From NCBI GenBank assembly GCA_041601615.1, contig JBFIHX010000012.1:8363-72362 (forward strand): DNA of 64,000 nt, read 5' to 3'. This document shows, in pieces, positions 47,663 through 57,701 of the stretch. Position 1 is the first letter of the stretch, and each line of letters begins with the position of its first letter. Both the position numbers and the translations under genes were made by a program. The notes under the pieces are model-generated. The model saw only the letters and a program-made list of their open reading frames with translations. It did not search any database and was not told the origin of the DNA. The stretch comes from Thermoplasmatota archaeon. GTDB taxonomy: Archaea > Thermoplasmatota > E2 > JACPAO01 > JAHFTW01.

Positions 47663-48118
47663 ATGGAAGGAACACCCCTCGAATTCAACCTCGTGGACCA
47701 CGATGGCGCCCCCGTCACGCACAAGGACCTAGGAGGCTCCGCGTACGTCCTGTTCTTCTACCCCAAAGACGACACACCCGGCTGCACCAAGGAAGCATGC
47801 GGCATCCGCGACGTCTGGGCAGACTACGCCGCCGCCGGCCTCAAAGTCTACGGAGTCAGCAAAGACGACGCCGCCAGCCACCAGAAATTCATCGCCAAGT
47901 ACGACCTGCCCTTCCCGCTTCTCACCGCCACCGAAGAGCAACTCACAGAACTTGGCGTCTGGAAGGAGAAGAACAACTACGGCAAGAAATACTGGGGCAT
48001 CAACCGCGAGACCTTCCTTGTCGGCGCCGACGGCAACGTCCTGAAGCACTACAAGCGCGTCAAGCCCGCCGAACACGCCGGACAGATTCTCGCCGACTTC
48101 GCGGCAAGCCAGGCCTAG
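47663..48118 (+). CDS. bcp: Peroxiredoxin, BCP/PrxQ type
   Basis: FYPKDDTPGCTKEAC, GVSKD, R.TFLV. Confidence 0.93.
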   Translation: MEGTPLEFNLVDHDGAPVTHKDLGGSAYVLFFYPKDDTPGCTKEACGIRDVWADYAAAGLKVYGVSKDDAASHQKFIAKYDLPFPLLTATEEQLTELGVWKEKNNYGKKYWGINRETFLVGADGNVLKHYKRVKPAEHAGQILADFAASQA

Positions 48119-48119
48119 C

Positions 48120-48575
48120 ATGGAGACCCTGGACACCCCCACCATCGAAGCACTGCCCGAACGCCGCTTCTGTGTGCGCCGCCACTTTGGCCCCGCTGCC
48201 GCCGTGGACGACACGCGCCGGCCCATGTACCAGCACATGATCAGCCACGAACTGGTCGGCGGCCCCAGCGTCCTTCGCCACATCGAGCAAGGCGACGCAC
48301 CGGACCACACCCTGGACGTGCTGATCGGCGCCACCTGCAACTTCGACGGCGATTCGGAGGTCCGCGTCGAGGTCGTTGCCGCCGGCGACTACGCCGTACT
48401 GGACTTCGAGGGCCCCGAGAGCGCCATCCCCGCCGCCCTTGACCACCTGCGTGCCTGGGTCGAGGCCTGCGCCCGCACCGCCATCGGCCCGGTCTTGCAA
48501 GTCCACCTCATGGACGCCATCGACGGCATCGTCGAACAACAGTTCCAGCTTGCACTTGCACCTCGGCGTCTCTGA
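48120..48575 (+). CDS. GyrI-like small-molecule binding protein
   Basis: AGDYAVLDFEGP...A...L.AW motif. Confidence 0.65.
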   Translation: METLDTPTIEALPERRFCVRRHFGPAAAVDDTRRPMYQHMISHELVGGPSVLRHIEQGDAPDHTLDVLIGATCNFDGDSEVRVEVVAAGDYAVLDFEGPESAIPAALDHLRAWVEACARTAIGPVLQVHLMDAIDGIVEQQFQLALAPRRL

Positions 48576-48612
48576 CCCGCCGGCTTAAACGGACGCAGCC
48601 GGTTCGAGTCAC

Positions 48613-49122
48613 ATGCTCAGGCCGGGCGACGCCGCCCCCGACTTCGTCCTCAAAGACAGCGACGGCAACGACGTGCGCCTGAGCACCTACAGCGGTCGCC
48701 CCATCATCCTCTACTTCTACCCCCGCGACAACAACCCCAGCTGCGTCGTCCAAGCCAAAGCATTCCGAGACGCACACCCCAAAATCCAATCCTTCGGCGC
48801 CGCCCTCGTCGGCGTCAGCATGGACCCCGACCACAGCGCCTTCCGAGCCAAGCACAAGATCCCCTACCCGCTCCTGTCCGACCGCGACGGCCGCGTCCAC
48901 GACCTCTACGACGCCTGGCGCACCACCCTGCTGGGAAAACGCCCCATCGCCGTACGCCGCTGCACCTACCTCATCGACGGCGACGGCATCATCCGACGCG
49001 CCTACCACCGCGTCAACCTCCTGCGCCAAGGACACACAGTCCTCAAAGACCTCGACCGCCTCAGCGCCCAACGCGAGTGGGGCAAAAAACCCGAACCCCG
49101 CCTCAAAGACCTGCGCCCCTAA
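48613..49122 (+). CDS. Second BCP-type peroxiredoxin
   Basis: GDAAPDF, YFYPRDNNPSC, PLLSD, R.TYLIDGDGII. Confidence 0.88.
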   Translation: MLRPGDAAPDFVLKDSDGNDVRLSTYSGRPIILYFYPRDNNPSCVVQAKAFRDAHPKIQSFGAALVGVSMDPDHSAFRAKHKIPYPLLSDRDGRVHDLYDAWRTTLLGKRPIAVRRCTYLIDGDGIIRRAYHRVNLLRQGHTVLKDLDRLSAQREWGKKPEPRLKDLRP

Positions 49123-49166
49123 CGGCAAGCCACGCACTTGAAACGCCGCAGCCCGCATCGCCAAAC

Positions 49167-49628
49167 ATGGCCGAGACCCGACTGCGACCCATCCGTGTGG
49201 CCGCGACCCTCCCGTATGCCCCCGAAGCCGTCTGGGCCGTAGTCTCCGACAGCCGCCGCGACCCCGAATGGTGCCCCCTCGTGCCCAGCGTCACCCAAAC
49301 CACCGGCGACGGCCCCGGCCCCGGCGCTACCTACGACTTCCAACAACAACTTCCCGACGGCCGCATCGTGGACGGCACCATCAAAGTCATTGGCTACTAC
49401 GCCCCCGACCACATTGCATGGGACGTAGAAGACGCCGTCCGCCACTACTTCATCACCATGAGCCTCCGGCCCACGCGACGCGGCCACACCCGCATCACCC
49501 AGGAAAGCCACCCCACCTTCAAACGCGACCTAGGCGCCCGGCGCATCCTTGTTCCCCTCCTGACAAAACGCGCCCTCAAACGACAATATCGAGCCCTCGC
49601 CCGGCTCCTCGCCACAGAAACCCAATAG
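49167..49628 (+). CDS. SRPBCC (START-like) family protein
   Basis: PEAVWAVVSD....PEW.P.V..V......GPG. Confidence 0.8.
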   Translation: MAETRLRPIRVAATLPYAPEAVWAVVSDSRRDPEWCPLVPSVTQTTGDGPGPGATYDFQQQLPDGRIVDGTIKVIGYYAPDHIAWDVEDAVRHYFITMSLRPTRRGHTRITQESHPTFKRDLGARRILVPLLTKRALKRQYRALARLLATETQ

Positions 49629-49657
49629 GCTCAAATACGAGCGTCATAAGTCGCGAC

Positions 49658-49800
49658 CTGGAGACGGCCCGCCTACCGGGACCGCCGATCCAGCTCACAC
49701 TCATCATTGGAGCACGTTGCTCCCACCCTCCCGACCCCCGCGCACACAGCCGCCATGGGGTCGCATTGAGGCGAAGCCCAGAGTGGGCAGGCCGTCCCAG
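49658..49800 (+). ncRNA. Candidate structured RNA leader upstream of dnaG
   Basis: Terminal stem CTGGAGACGGCCCGCCTAC / GTGGGCAGGCCGTCCCAG enclosing GGAGCA-CGT-TGCTCC, CGACCCC...GGGGTCG and GGC-GAA-GCC hairpins. Confidence 0.4.
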
Positions 49801-49812
49801 GAAACCATTCAC

Positions 49813-51324
49813 ATGTCTGTCGACCCCACGACCACCAAGTACGTCATCCACGCCACCATCAAGGCGGAGGGCGTCATCGAAAAACCCGACATCATCGGCG
49901 CCATCTTCGGACAAACCGAAGGCCTGCTCGGCAACGAACTCGACCTTCGCGACCTCCAAAAGGGTGCTCGAATCGGACGCATCGAAGTGGACGTGGAAAC
50001 CAACCGCGGCCGCAGCACCGGCATCATCCTCCTGCCCAGCGCTATGGACAAGGTCGAATCCGCCATCCTCGCCGCCGCCCTCGAAACCATCGACCGCATC
50101 GGCCCCGCCAAAGCGACCGTCCGCGTCGACAAAATCGAAGACACCCGCCTTGCCAAGCGCGACCAAGTGGTCAACCGCGCCAAGGAACTCCTCTCCAGCA
50201 TCAACGAAGACCCGGCCCAAGACTCCGGCCGCATCACGGACGAAGTACGCAACGCCGTCCAAGTCGCTGAAATCGCCAAGTTCCGCAACACCAAGATCTG
50301 GTGCGGCCCGAACGTCGAATCCGCCGACAGCATCATCATCGTCGAAGGCCGCAGCGACGTGCTGAACCTCCTCAAGTTCGGCATCAAGAACACCATCGCC
50401 GTCGAGGGCACCAACGTCCCCGTTGAGGTGCAAGAGCTGACCCGCGAGAAGACCACCACCATCTTCGTCGATGGCGACCGTGGCGGCGAACTCGTCGCCC
50501 GCGAGCTTCTCGAAACCTGCGAAGTGGACTTCGTCGCCCGCGCCCCCAACACCCGCGAGGTCGAGGAACTTCCCCACAAACTCGTGATGAAGTGCCTCAA
50601 AAACAAGACCACCGCAGAGCAATTCATCAGCCAGCACGGCCTCAACATCAAGCGACCCGAAGGCGGCAAGGTCCTCCCCGCAGCCGAGCGCAAGACCAGC
50701 GACCGCGCCCCCTCCTCCGAGCGCACCGCGGAACGCTCCTCCGAACGCTCCTCGGACCGCAGCAGCGACCGTGCTCCCGCCACCGACCGCGAACCCCGTG
50801 GCGACGACGAGAAATCCGGCCGCGCCCGCCGTGGACGCCGCGGTGGCCGTGGCAAGCGCGACGACGACGCTGAGGGCGAGCAACAGAAACTCTCCGCGTC
50901 CAGCGACGACGCCGCCGAGAAGGAAGACAAGCCCGCGCCCCGTGGCCGCACCGCCAGCCCCGCCAAGAAGAGCGAACCCAAGAGCCGCGAACCTGCCCCC
51001 AAGGCGGCCCCCAAGAAGCGCGCCGACGACCCCCGCGCCGGTCTGCGCGACGCGCTATCCGGACTCGCCGGCAGCCTCAAGGCGACCCTCCTCGACGACG
51101 CCGGCGCCCCTGTGCGCGAAGGCCTCGCCGTGCGTGAACTCGCCGACACCCTCAAGGGAGGCAAGGACGCCGTGCACACCGTCGTCTTCGACGGCGTCAT
51201 TACCCAGCGCCTCCTCGATATCGCGGCCGACAAGAAGGTCCAGACCGTCGTCGGCGTCAAGATGGGCAACGTGACCAAGGTTCCCGACACTGTGGAAATC
51301 CTGACCAAGGACGACCTGAACTGA
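49813..51324 (+). CDS. dnaG: Archaeal DnaG-like protein (TOPRIM; exosome-associated family)
   Basis: DIIGAIFGQTEGLLG.ELDLRDLQK, VEGRSDV, DGDRGGE, FDGVITQRL; Ser/Arg/Glu low-complexity linker. Confidence 0.97.
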   Translation: MSVDPTTTKYVIHATIKAEGVIEKPDIIGAIFGQTEGLLGNELDLRDLQKGARIGRIEVDVETNRGRSTGIILLPSAMDKVESAILAAALETIDRIGPAKATVRVDKIEDTRLAKRDQVVNRAKELLSSINEDPAQDSGRITDEVRNAVQVAEIAKFRNTKIWCGPNVESADSIIIVEGRSDVLNLLKFGIKNTIAVEGTNVPVEVQELTREKTTTIFVDGDRGGELVARELLETCEVDFVARAPNTREVEELPHKLVMKCLKNKTTAEQFISQHGLNIKRPEGGKVLPAAERKTSDRAPSSERTAERSSERSSDRSSDRAPATDREPRGDDEKSGRARRGRRGGRGKRDDDAEGEQQKLSASSDDAAEKEDKPAPRGRTASPAKKSEPKSREPAPKAAPKKRADDPRAGLRDALSGLAGSLKATLLDDAGAPVREGLAVRELADTLKGGKDAVHTVVFDGVITQRLLDIAADKKVQTVVGVKMGNVTKVPDTVEILTKDDLN

Positions 51325-51479
51325 TCAGGTCCCTCCAACCTGTCCTCTTTCCCCTTCCTTCTTCCTTTGCAACCTTGCGCCCCGGCCCACGGTACGTCAA
51401 GATGTTCAGCGCAACAACCGACCAACAGTTCCAGCAATTTGCGCCAACCACCTCGTGGCACTAGCGCCGAGGAACCATC

Positions 51480-51806
51480 ATGCGCCTCTGGCCCATGCTC
51501 CTGGCTCCGCTGGTCACCGCCGCAACCCTGGGTGCCGCAGGAATGTGGCTCTCGTCGGCCGAAATGCTGCATTCGCGCCTCTCGTACGATTCGCTTGGCG
51601 GGCCCGCCGCCTACATCCTGTATGCCGTTGTGGTCGGATTGGGCGTCCTTCATTGGCTCGTGGACGTCTTGCTGCGCGAGGTTCGGCGAGCAATCGACCA
51701 GCGTCGAAATCGCCACCGGGCACGGTCCAGGCAGCCAGCGGCGGGCCATCTTGGTGCGCCGCGAGGAATCTACGATCGCCCCGTGACCCTGCCGCCGCGA
51801 CCGTAA
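51480..51806 (+). CDS. Small two-TM hypothetical protein
   Basis: Two hydrophobic helices; GAGG upstream. Confidence 0.5.
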   Translation: MRLWPMLLAPLVTAATLGAAGMWLSSAEMLHSRLSYDSLGGPAAYILYAVVVGLGVLHWLVDVLLREVRRAIDQRRNRHRARSRQPAAGHLGAPRGIYDRPVTLPPRP

Positions 51807-51841
51807 GAACGCCCATGTAGCGGGGGTTTGTGCCCGCCATC

Positions 51842-52306
51842 GTGCAGTACTGGTTGATGAAATCGGAGCCGGAAAAATTCTCCATCGACCACTTGGAAGC
51901 GGCCGGTTCCACGCACTGGGACGGCGTTCGCAACTACCAGGCCCGCAACATGATGCGCGACGAAATGAAGGTCGGTGATCGCGTCCTGTTCTACCACAGC
52001 AATGCCACCCCGCCCGGAGTGGCCGGCGTTGCCACCGTGTGCAAGGAAGGCTACCCGGACCACACCGCCTGGGACGCCGACGATGCGCACTTTGACGCCA
52101 AAACGGACCCCGAAAACCCGCGTTGGATGATGGTGGACATCGCCTTTGAAGCACGAATGCCGAACTTCCTGCCGCTCGACCAGTTGCGCCAGAACGAAAA
52201 CCTCAGCGACATGCTCCTGCTGCGACGGGGCCAGCGCTTGTCCGTGCAGCCCGTGGAACCGGAACACTTCGAGGAAGTTCTGCGCATGGGCGGGTTGCAG
52301 CCGTAG
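51842..52306 (+). CDS. EVE domain protein
   Basis: YWLMKSEP, WDGVRNYQARN, GD.VLFYHS, RLSVQPV. Confidence 0.93.
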   Translation: MQYWLMKSEPEKFSIDHLEAAGSTHWDGVRNYQARNMMRDEMKVGDRVLFYHSNATPPGVAGVATVCKEGYPDHTAWDADDAHFDAKTDPENPRWMMVDIAFEARMPNFLPLDQLRQNENLSDMLLLRRGQRLSVQPVEPEHFEEVLRMGGLQP

Positions 52307-52321
52307 CGGGGCGGCGGGCGC

Positions 52322-53098
52322 TTACCCGATGATGTTCTTGTAGACGCGGACGTTGATGAACGCCAGGATGACGCCGATCACACCCCCGAGCCCAAGCCCA
52401 ATGGCGAGGTCCACGAGCGCATCGCTCCAACCTGTAATCATCAAGCCGCGCATGCCTTGGATCATGTAGTCCACGGGGTTGTACTCGGTGATGTTGGCAA
52501 GCCAGCTTGGCAGGAGGTTGGCGGGCATGAACGCGGTGCTCATGAACAGCAAGAGGAAGAACAACGGGAACATTGCCTGTGTCGCCTGGTCGCTGCGGGT
52601 TTTCATGGCGAGAATCATCACGGCCATTCCTGTCGTGAGGGTCCCGAACACGACCGCCGCTGCCAGGATGACGAGGGCGCCGACGATGCCGGTTTCGGGC
52701 ATGCCGCCGATGCCGATGGCGATTCCGAGAATGAGCACACCTTGCAAGAAGACGCGGGTCATTTCGGCCATGAGCCTTGCAAAGATGACGCCGCTGGGAC
52801 TGGCGGGGGTCGTTCGCAGCTTGTCAAAGTAGCCAGTGCGCAAGTCGACGATGAACGCCGCACTGCTGTTGGCCATGCCGATGACGGCGGTCAGGAGGAT
52901 GATGGCTGGCGCGATGAAGGTGTAGTAGCTGATGTCCGTTCCAAACAGGGGGTGGCCTGGAATCGCGGTGGTGTTGCGGAACACACTCCCAAACAACAGG
53001 AGTTGGATGATCGGCATTATGACGCCAAAGACCAGCACTGCCGGAATGCGGGGCATTTGCCGGATGTTGCGCTTGTAGAGTTGGACAAAGACGCTCAT
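52322..53098 (-). CDS. ABC-2 type permease (DrrB-like)
   Basis: GYFDKLRTTP, S.AF.P...LP.W......NP..Y. Confidence 0.9.
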   Translation of the reverse strand: MSVFVQLYKRNIRQMPRIPAVLVFGVIMPIIQLLLFGSVFRNTTAIPGHPLFGTDISYYTFIAPAIILLTAVIGMANSSAAFIVDLRTGYFDKLRTTPASPSGVIFARLMAEMTRVFLQGVLILGIAIGIGGMPETGIVGALVILAAAVVFGTLTTGMAVMILAMKTRSDQATQAMFPLFFLLLFMSTAFMPANLLPSWLANITEYNPVDYMIQGMRGLMITGWSDALVDLAIGLGLGGVIGVILAFINVRVYKNIIG

Positions 53099-54114
53099 GG
53101 GGTCGCCTCCAGGGCGTCGGGTTCGAGTCGCTTGCCGGTGTACTTGTGGAAGGCGTCGTCCAGGCTGGGCGTGAGGACTCGCGTGGAGGAAACTTTGAGT
53201 CCGGCGCCATCCACGAGCCGGAGCAGGGGCAGGAGGCTTTCGCCGCCGTCGCGCACGCGCACTTCCAATACGCCGTCATGGAATTTGGCCGGCGCTCCCT
53301 TGAGGTGGCTTTGCAGCGCCTTTTGCTGCTCTGTGGTGGGTGCCGCTCCGAGGCGCACGCGAATGGTGTCCGCTCCGACGCTGCGCTTGAGGCGTTCGGG
53401 GGTGTCGATGGCGGCGATGCGGCCTTCGTTCATGATCGCGATGCGGTCGCAGAGTTGGTCCGCCTCCTCCATGTAATGCGTGCTCATCAGAACCGTGAGC
53501 CCACGGTCGCGGGTGAGGCGCCGCAGGATGTTCCAGAGGTCCGTGCGGCTGTGCGGATCAAGGCCCGTGGTCGGCTCGTCCAAAAACAATACGTCTGGAT
53601 CATGGATCAGACTCACGGCCAGATCGAGGCGCCGCTGCATGCCGCCGCTGAAGGCAGTTACGCGACGCTTGCGGTGGGCAACGAGGTCGAAGGTTTCCAG
53701 AAGCTCCGTGGCGCGGCGCTTGGCCTCGCGCATAGGGATTCCATGGAGTCGGGCGTGAAAGTGCAGCATCTCTTCGGCAGTTGCCAAATCGTCGATGCCC
53801 ACGTCTTGCATGGCGAATCCGATGCGGCGGCGAATCGCCTTGGCGTCGCGTTGCACGTCCATGCCAAGCACACGGGCTCCACCGCTGGTGGCGCGGTGCA
53901 GCGTGCCCAGAACGTGCATTGCGGTGGTCTTGCCGGCACCATTGGGTCCCAAGAGTCCGAAAATCTCGCCCTTCTGGACCGCGAAGCTGACTCCTTGGAC
54001 GGCGTAGGTGCCGTCGCGGTAGCGTTTCTGGAGGTTGCGCACTTCGAGGGCAGGGGCATTCGCGTGGGGACGGACCTGGGCCACGGCGGGGGCGACGGGG
54101 GTTTCGGTCTTCAC
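53095..54114 (-). CDS. ABC ATP-binding protein (DrrA-like)
   Basis: GPNGAGKTT, FSGGMQRRL, LDEPTTGLDP, THYMEEA. Confidence 0.95.
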   Translation of the reverse strand: MKTETPVAPAVAQVRPHANAPALEVRNLQKRYRDGTYAVQGVSFAVQKGEIFGLLGPNGAGKTTAMHVLGTLHRATSGGARVLGMDVQRDAKAIRRRIGFAMQDVGIDDLATAEEMLHFHARLHGIPMREAKRRATELLETFDLVAHRKRRVTAFSGGMQRRLDLAVSLIHDPDVLFLDEPTTGLDPHSRTDLWNILRRLTRDRGLTVLMSTHYMEEADQLCDRIAIMNEGRIAAIDTPERLKRSVGADTIRVRLGAAPTTEQQKALQSHLKGAPAKFHDGVLEVRVRDGGESLLPLLRLVDGAGLKVSSTRVLTPSLDDAFHKYTGKRLEPDALEATP

Positions 54115-54183
54115 GCCTTCGCCGTGGGCATGGCGAGGGGACGCATCAGGGGCGGCGTGGTTCGTGTGCGTTGAGGATGCATG

Positions 54184-54231
54184 GGTTTTGTAGCAAAAAA
54201 CAAGTGAAATAGTAGTTCGTTGCTACGAAGC
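54184..54231. promoter_or_regulatory. Inverted repeat in the divergent promoter (candidate HxlR operator)
   Basis: TTTGTAGCAA ... TTGCTACGAA arms around an AT-rich core between the ABC operon and the regulator. Confidence 0.5.
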
Positions 54232-54235
54232 AACC

Positions 54236-54592
54236 ATGGCCCAAGCGCCGCCTTGTGGAGATCCCGAATGCCAAGCGCACCGGACTTTCGACCTTCTTGG
54301 GCGGCCCCATGTGCTTGCCCTTCTGTTTGTGGTGGTGCACGAGGAGCGACGAGCGTGGCGTTTTGGCGAACTTCGAGAACGGCTGGACATCGCGGCAAGC
54401 GTCTTGTCGGACAAATTGAAGGCGCTCATTGACGTGGGATTGATCACACGGCACGAGTACGCGGAGATGCCGCCGCGCGTTGAGTACGAAGCGACCGAGG
54501 ATGCGTTGTCTTTGGATGATGCGTTCAAGGTGTTTTCGCGCTGGGGCGCCAAGCGGCACAAAACCCGCCATACGACGGGCACACCCTCTTAG
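54236..54592 (+). CDS. HxlR family winged-helix regulator
   Basis: RFGEL......VLS..LK.L...GLI.R..Y.E.PPRVEY. Confidence 0.9.
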   Translation: MAQAPPCGDPECQAHRTFDLLGRPHVLALLFVVVHEERRAWRFGELRERLDIAASVLSDKLKALIDVGLITRHEYAEMPPRVEYEATEDALSLDDAFKVFSRWGAKRHKTRHTTGTPS

Positions 54593-54614
54593 TCGGCGCC
54601 CCGCTCCTTCATGC

Positions 54615-55964
54615 ATGAGCTTTGACACCGACCGCATCCGCGCCGACTTTCCGGTCTTGGAACGCACCGTAGACGGCCCCGGCGGGCCGCACCCGCTCAT
54701 CTTCATGGACCACGGCGCCAGCACCCACGCGCCTCGGCCCGTCTTGGACGCGGTCATGGACTTGCACACGAAGCACTACGCCAACATCCACCGAGGCAAC
54801 CACGCCCTGAGCATCGAAAGCAGCGACCTGTTCGACGCCGCCCACGAAACCTTCGCACGCTTCATCGGCGCTCGGCCCGACGCCGCCAACTTCGTCATGA
54901 CCGGCAACACCACGGATGCCTTGACGCTCGCGGCCCACGTCATGCGCCAACACGACGGCGTCACGCTTACCACCCTCGCCGAACACCACAGCAACGACCT
55001 GCCGCACCGCGCCGCCGGGGACGTGGTGCATGTGGACGTGGACCAACAAGGCCGCATCGACCTCGTCGACGTGGAAGATGCCCTCGCCGCGCACACGGTC
55101 AAACTGGTGAGCATCACAGGTTGCAGCAACGTCACCGGCTACCTCCCGCCCATCCACGACGTGGCAAGGCTTGCCCACGATGCCGGAGCCAAGATTCTCG
55201 TCGACGCCGCGCAATTGTATGCGCACGTTCCCATCGACGTCAAGCCCGACGACCACCCGGAACACATCGACTTCCTGGCCGCTGCCGGCCACAAAGCCTA
55301 CGCGCCCTTCGGCAGCGCCTTCCTGTACGGCCCCTCCGAATTGCTCGACGCGGCACCTCCCTACATGCCCGGAGGCGGCACCGTCGAATGGGTCACGGCC
55401 GCCGACGCCTGGTTCACCAAAGGCGCCGAGCGACACATGGGTGGCACTCCCAACATCACCGGCGTCGTGGCGTTTGCCGCGGCCACCGAATACCTAGCGG
55501 GAATCGGCATGGACAACGTGCGGGCCCACGAAGTAGAGCTGATCAACCAAGGACTGGCTGGCTTTGCCGCTCTCGAAGCAGACCACGGAGTGGAAATGTT
55601 TGGGCCCCGCACCGCCGCCGAGAAGGCCGCCGTCTTCAGCTTCGTCGTCCCCGGCGTGCGCCACGACACCGTCAGTTCCGTCCTGTCCTGCGAACACGGC
55701 ATCGCCACACGAAACGGCTGCTTCTGCGCCCACCCCCTGCTGCACAAACTCCTACGCCTCGGCGACACCAGCCAATGGACCGACGCCCTTGCACGCGGAG
55801 AAGACATTCCGCTGCCCGGCGCCAGCCGCGCCACATTCGGCCTCTACAACACCCGCGCCGAAGTGGACCACTTGCTGCACGCCGTGGATGCGGTCGCCCG
55901 CCGCGACTGGAAAGGAACCTATGACGAATCCGCCGTTGCTGGGCAGGTCGTGGAAGTCTCCTGA
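54615..55964 (+). CDS. Class V PLP aminotransferase / cysteine desulfurase-like
   Basis: MDHGAST, YANIHRG, EHHSNDLP, VDAAQ, GHKAYAP, RNGCFCAHP, RATFGLYNT. Confidence 0.9.
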   Translation: MSFDTDRIRADFPVLERTVDGPGGPHPLIFMDHGASTHAPRPVLDAVMDLHTKHYANIHRGNHALSIESSDLFDAAHETFARFIGARPDAANFVMTGNTTDALTLAAHVMRQHDGVTLTTLAEHHSNDLPHRAAGDVVHVDVDQQGRIDLVDVEDALAAHTVKLVSITGCSNVTGYLPPIHDVARLAHDAGAKILVDAAQLYAHVPIDVKPDDHPEHIDFLAAAGHKAYAPFGSAFLYGPSELLDAAPPYMPGGGTVEWVTAADAWFTKGAERHMGGTPNITGVVAFAAATEYLAGIGMDNVRAHEVELINQGLAGFAALEADHGVEMFGPRTAAEKAAVFSFVVPGVRHDTVSSVLSCEHGIATRNGCFCAHPLLHKLLRLGDTSQWTDALARGEDIPLPGASRATFGLYNTRAEVDHLLHAVDAVARRDWKGTYDESAVAGQVVEVS

Positions 55965-56055
55965 TCGAAGCACCAAGCGATCCGTGCAAGGACCGGCCCC
56001 GCGCGTGCGAAGCCGGGCGCGGGCGGCCCGTGCAGGTCCGGCACGTCAAGCCCGG

Positions 56056-57585
56056 TCAATGCACATGGCTGCACGACGCCTCGGCCGTGTCGGCGTCCTC
56101 TAGGTAATCCAGCCAGGCATCGAACGTCGCCACCGCGTCGGCGCTCGTGCCGGACAGGTGGAACGTGACGTTGCCAGGGATGTGTTGCAGGCCGTTGCTG
56201 GTCCACTCAACGAACCGCGCCGGACCCACCGGCACCTGCTGGGGGTCCATGCCGTCGCCTGAGACCTCCAGCGCGAGGTCGTTGCCCCGTTGCAGGACCG
56301 AGTTGGGCGCGTCGATGCTGAGCCCGACCTGGAGCCGCCGCAGGGCGCACGCAGTCGGAATGTCCACGCTCCACGACGCATCGGCCGGCCCGATGCCCAG
56401 TTCCACGCGGCCCATCCGGCGTTCATCCTCGGGAAGGTCGAACGGCGCTTTGTACGCCTGGCCGCCCATCGCTTCCGACGCGAACGCCCCGACGCGTTGG
56501 TCCTCGAAGCCCCGGTAGACGATCTTCGTCAGCATGCCGCCGGGGTACTGGCCGTCATTGCCGACGTGCGCCGTGACGTGCGTGTGGAACACCCAGACCC
56601 CCTCGGCGTCGGCGCGGCCCTCGAGGACCACGTCGTAGCGTTGTCCGGGCGCGATGGAGAGGGTGTCCAAGGTGTACCAGTTGCTCCTGCCCAACGGCAC
56701 GCCGTCGATGTGCGTCACGGTCATGTCGTGGCCGTGTGGATGGAGCGCCTCGAACGTGCTGCCGGCGTTGAGGATGCGCAGCCGCACCCGCTCGTCGGGC
56801 GACAGGAGGATCCAGGAATCATCTTGCAGGAGGGTGTCCGGGGCGGAGACGCCATTCAGGATGAACACGTCCGGCGTCAGGTCCTGCGCCGGGTTCTGGC
56901 ACCCGGGCTGCCCCGTCTCGCCGCATCCGCCCAGGTGTTTGTGGTCCGCGTGCGGGTCCGCCTTGCGTGCCGGCGTCGCCTCCACCAGGTCGCGCACCAG
57001 GCCACCCAGCACAAGGGTCTGTTCCCGGTCCACGGCCGGCTCGTCGCTGTGGTCGCGCGGCTCAACGATCATCACCCCGTACAGGCCCATCATGACATGG
57101 AACGCCGTGTCCACATGGCAGTGGTACCACAGGGTCCCGGTGCGCACGGCGTCGAAGCGGTACGTGAACGTGTCCCCCGCCGCCACCGGGTCCTGGCTGC
57201 TGCCCGGCACGCCGTCGGCCTCCCAAGGCGTGTGCTGGCCGTGCCAGTGGATCGTGTGGTGGTGCACGTGCCGGTTGGCAAAGTCCACGACGATATGGTC
57301 CCCCTCGCGCACCCGGATCGTCGGTCCCGGCACACTGCACGGCTCTCCGTTGCGGTACTCCAGGGCGGCGGCGCTTACCGCGTCCGTGGGGTCGGCAGGG
57401 GCGGCACAGAACGCCCACAAGTTGGCCTCCAGGCCCGGATAGACCTCGTGGTCAAGCAGATCCTCCACCCACAGGGTCAGGCGGATGGTCCGTGGCGGTT
57501 CTACCGCAGGGGTGCCGTCGGCCATGCAGCCGGCCAGGGCAGACCCGACAAGGAGGATGGTGACGAGGAGGAGAGGGGTGCGCAT
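56056..57585 (-). CDS. Two-domain multicopper oxidase lipoprotein (type C) with C-terminal extension
   Basis: LAGC lipobox; domain 1 HTIHWHG and WYHCHxxxxxHxxxGL; domain 2 LHPHG and FHTH (no Cys). Confidence 0.88.
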   Translation of the reverse strand: MRTPLLLVTILLVGSALAGCMADGTPAVEPPRTIRLTLWVEDLLDHEVYPGLEANLWAFCAAPADPTDAVSAAALEYRNGEPCSVPGPTIRVREGDHIVVDFANRHVHHHTIHWHGQHTPWEADGVPGSSQDPVAAGDTFTYRFDAVRTGTLWYHCHVDTAFHVMMGLYGVMIVEPRDHSDEPAVDREQTLVLGGLVRDLVEATPARKADPHADHKHLGGCGETGQPGCQNPAQDLTPDVFILNGVSAPDTLLQDDSWILLSPDERVRLRILNAGSTFEALHPHGHDMTVTHIDGVPLGRSNWYTLDTLSIAPGQRYDVVLEGRADAEGVWVFHTHVTAHVGNDGQYPGGMLTKIVYRGFEDQRVGAFASEAMGGQAYKAPFDLPEDERRMGRVELGIGPADASWSVDIPTACALRRLQVGLSIDAPNSVLQRGNDLALEVSGDGMDPQQVPVGPARFVEWTSNGLQHIPGNVTFHLSGTSADAVATFDAWLDYLEDADTAEASCSHVH

Positions 57586-57701
57586 GCACGGCCCAAGCGC
57601 GCCAGGGACTTTACAGGACTGCCGGACCCATCCGGGAAAGGTCGTTCTCATCCGCAAGAAAAAACCCCGCCCCTCAAGCCCCGGCGCACTGTGCCTTTTG
57701 C

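Noticed and set aside
48580-48612. tRNA (GGTTCGAGTC T-loop-like motif)
   Set aside because: No cloverleaf, acceptor stem or room for a tRNA in a <40-bp intergenic gap
49576-52154. Long antisense ORFs (435 and 781 aa) and similar shadow ORFs elsewhere
   Set aside because: They overlap well-supported genes such as dnaG; expected from high GC and scarce stop codons
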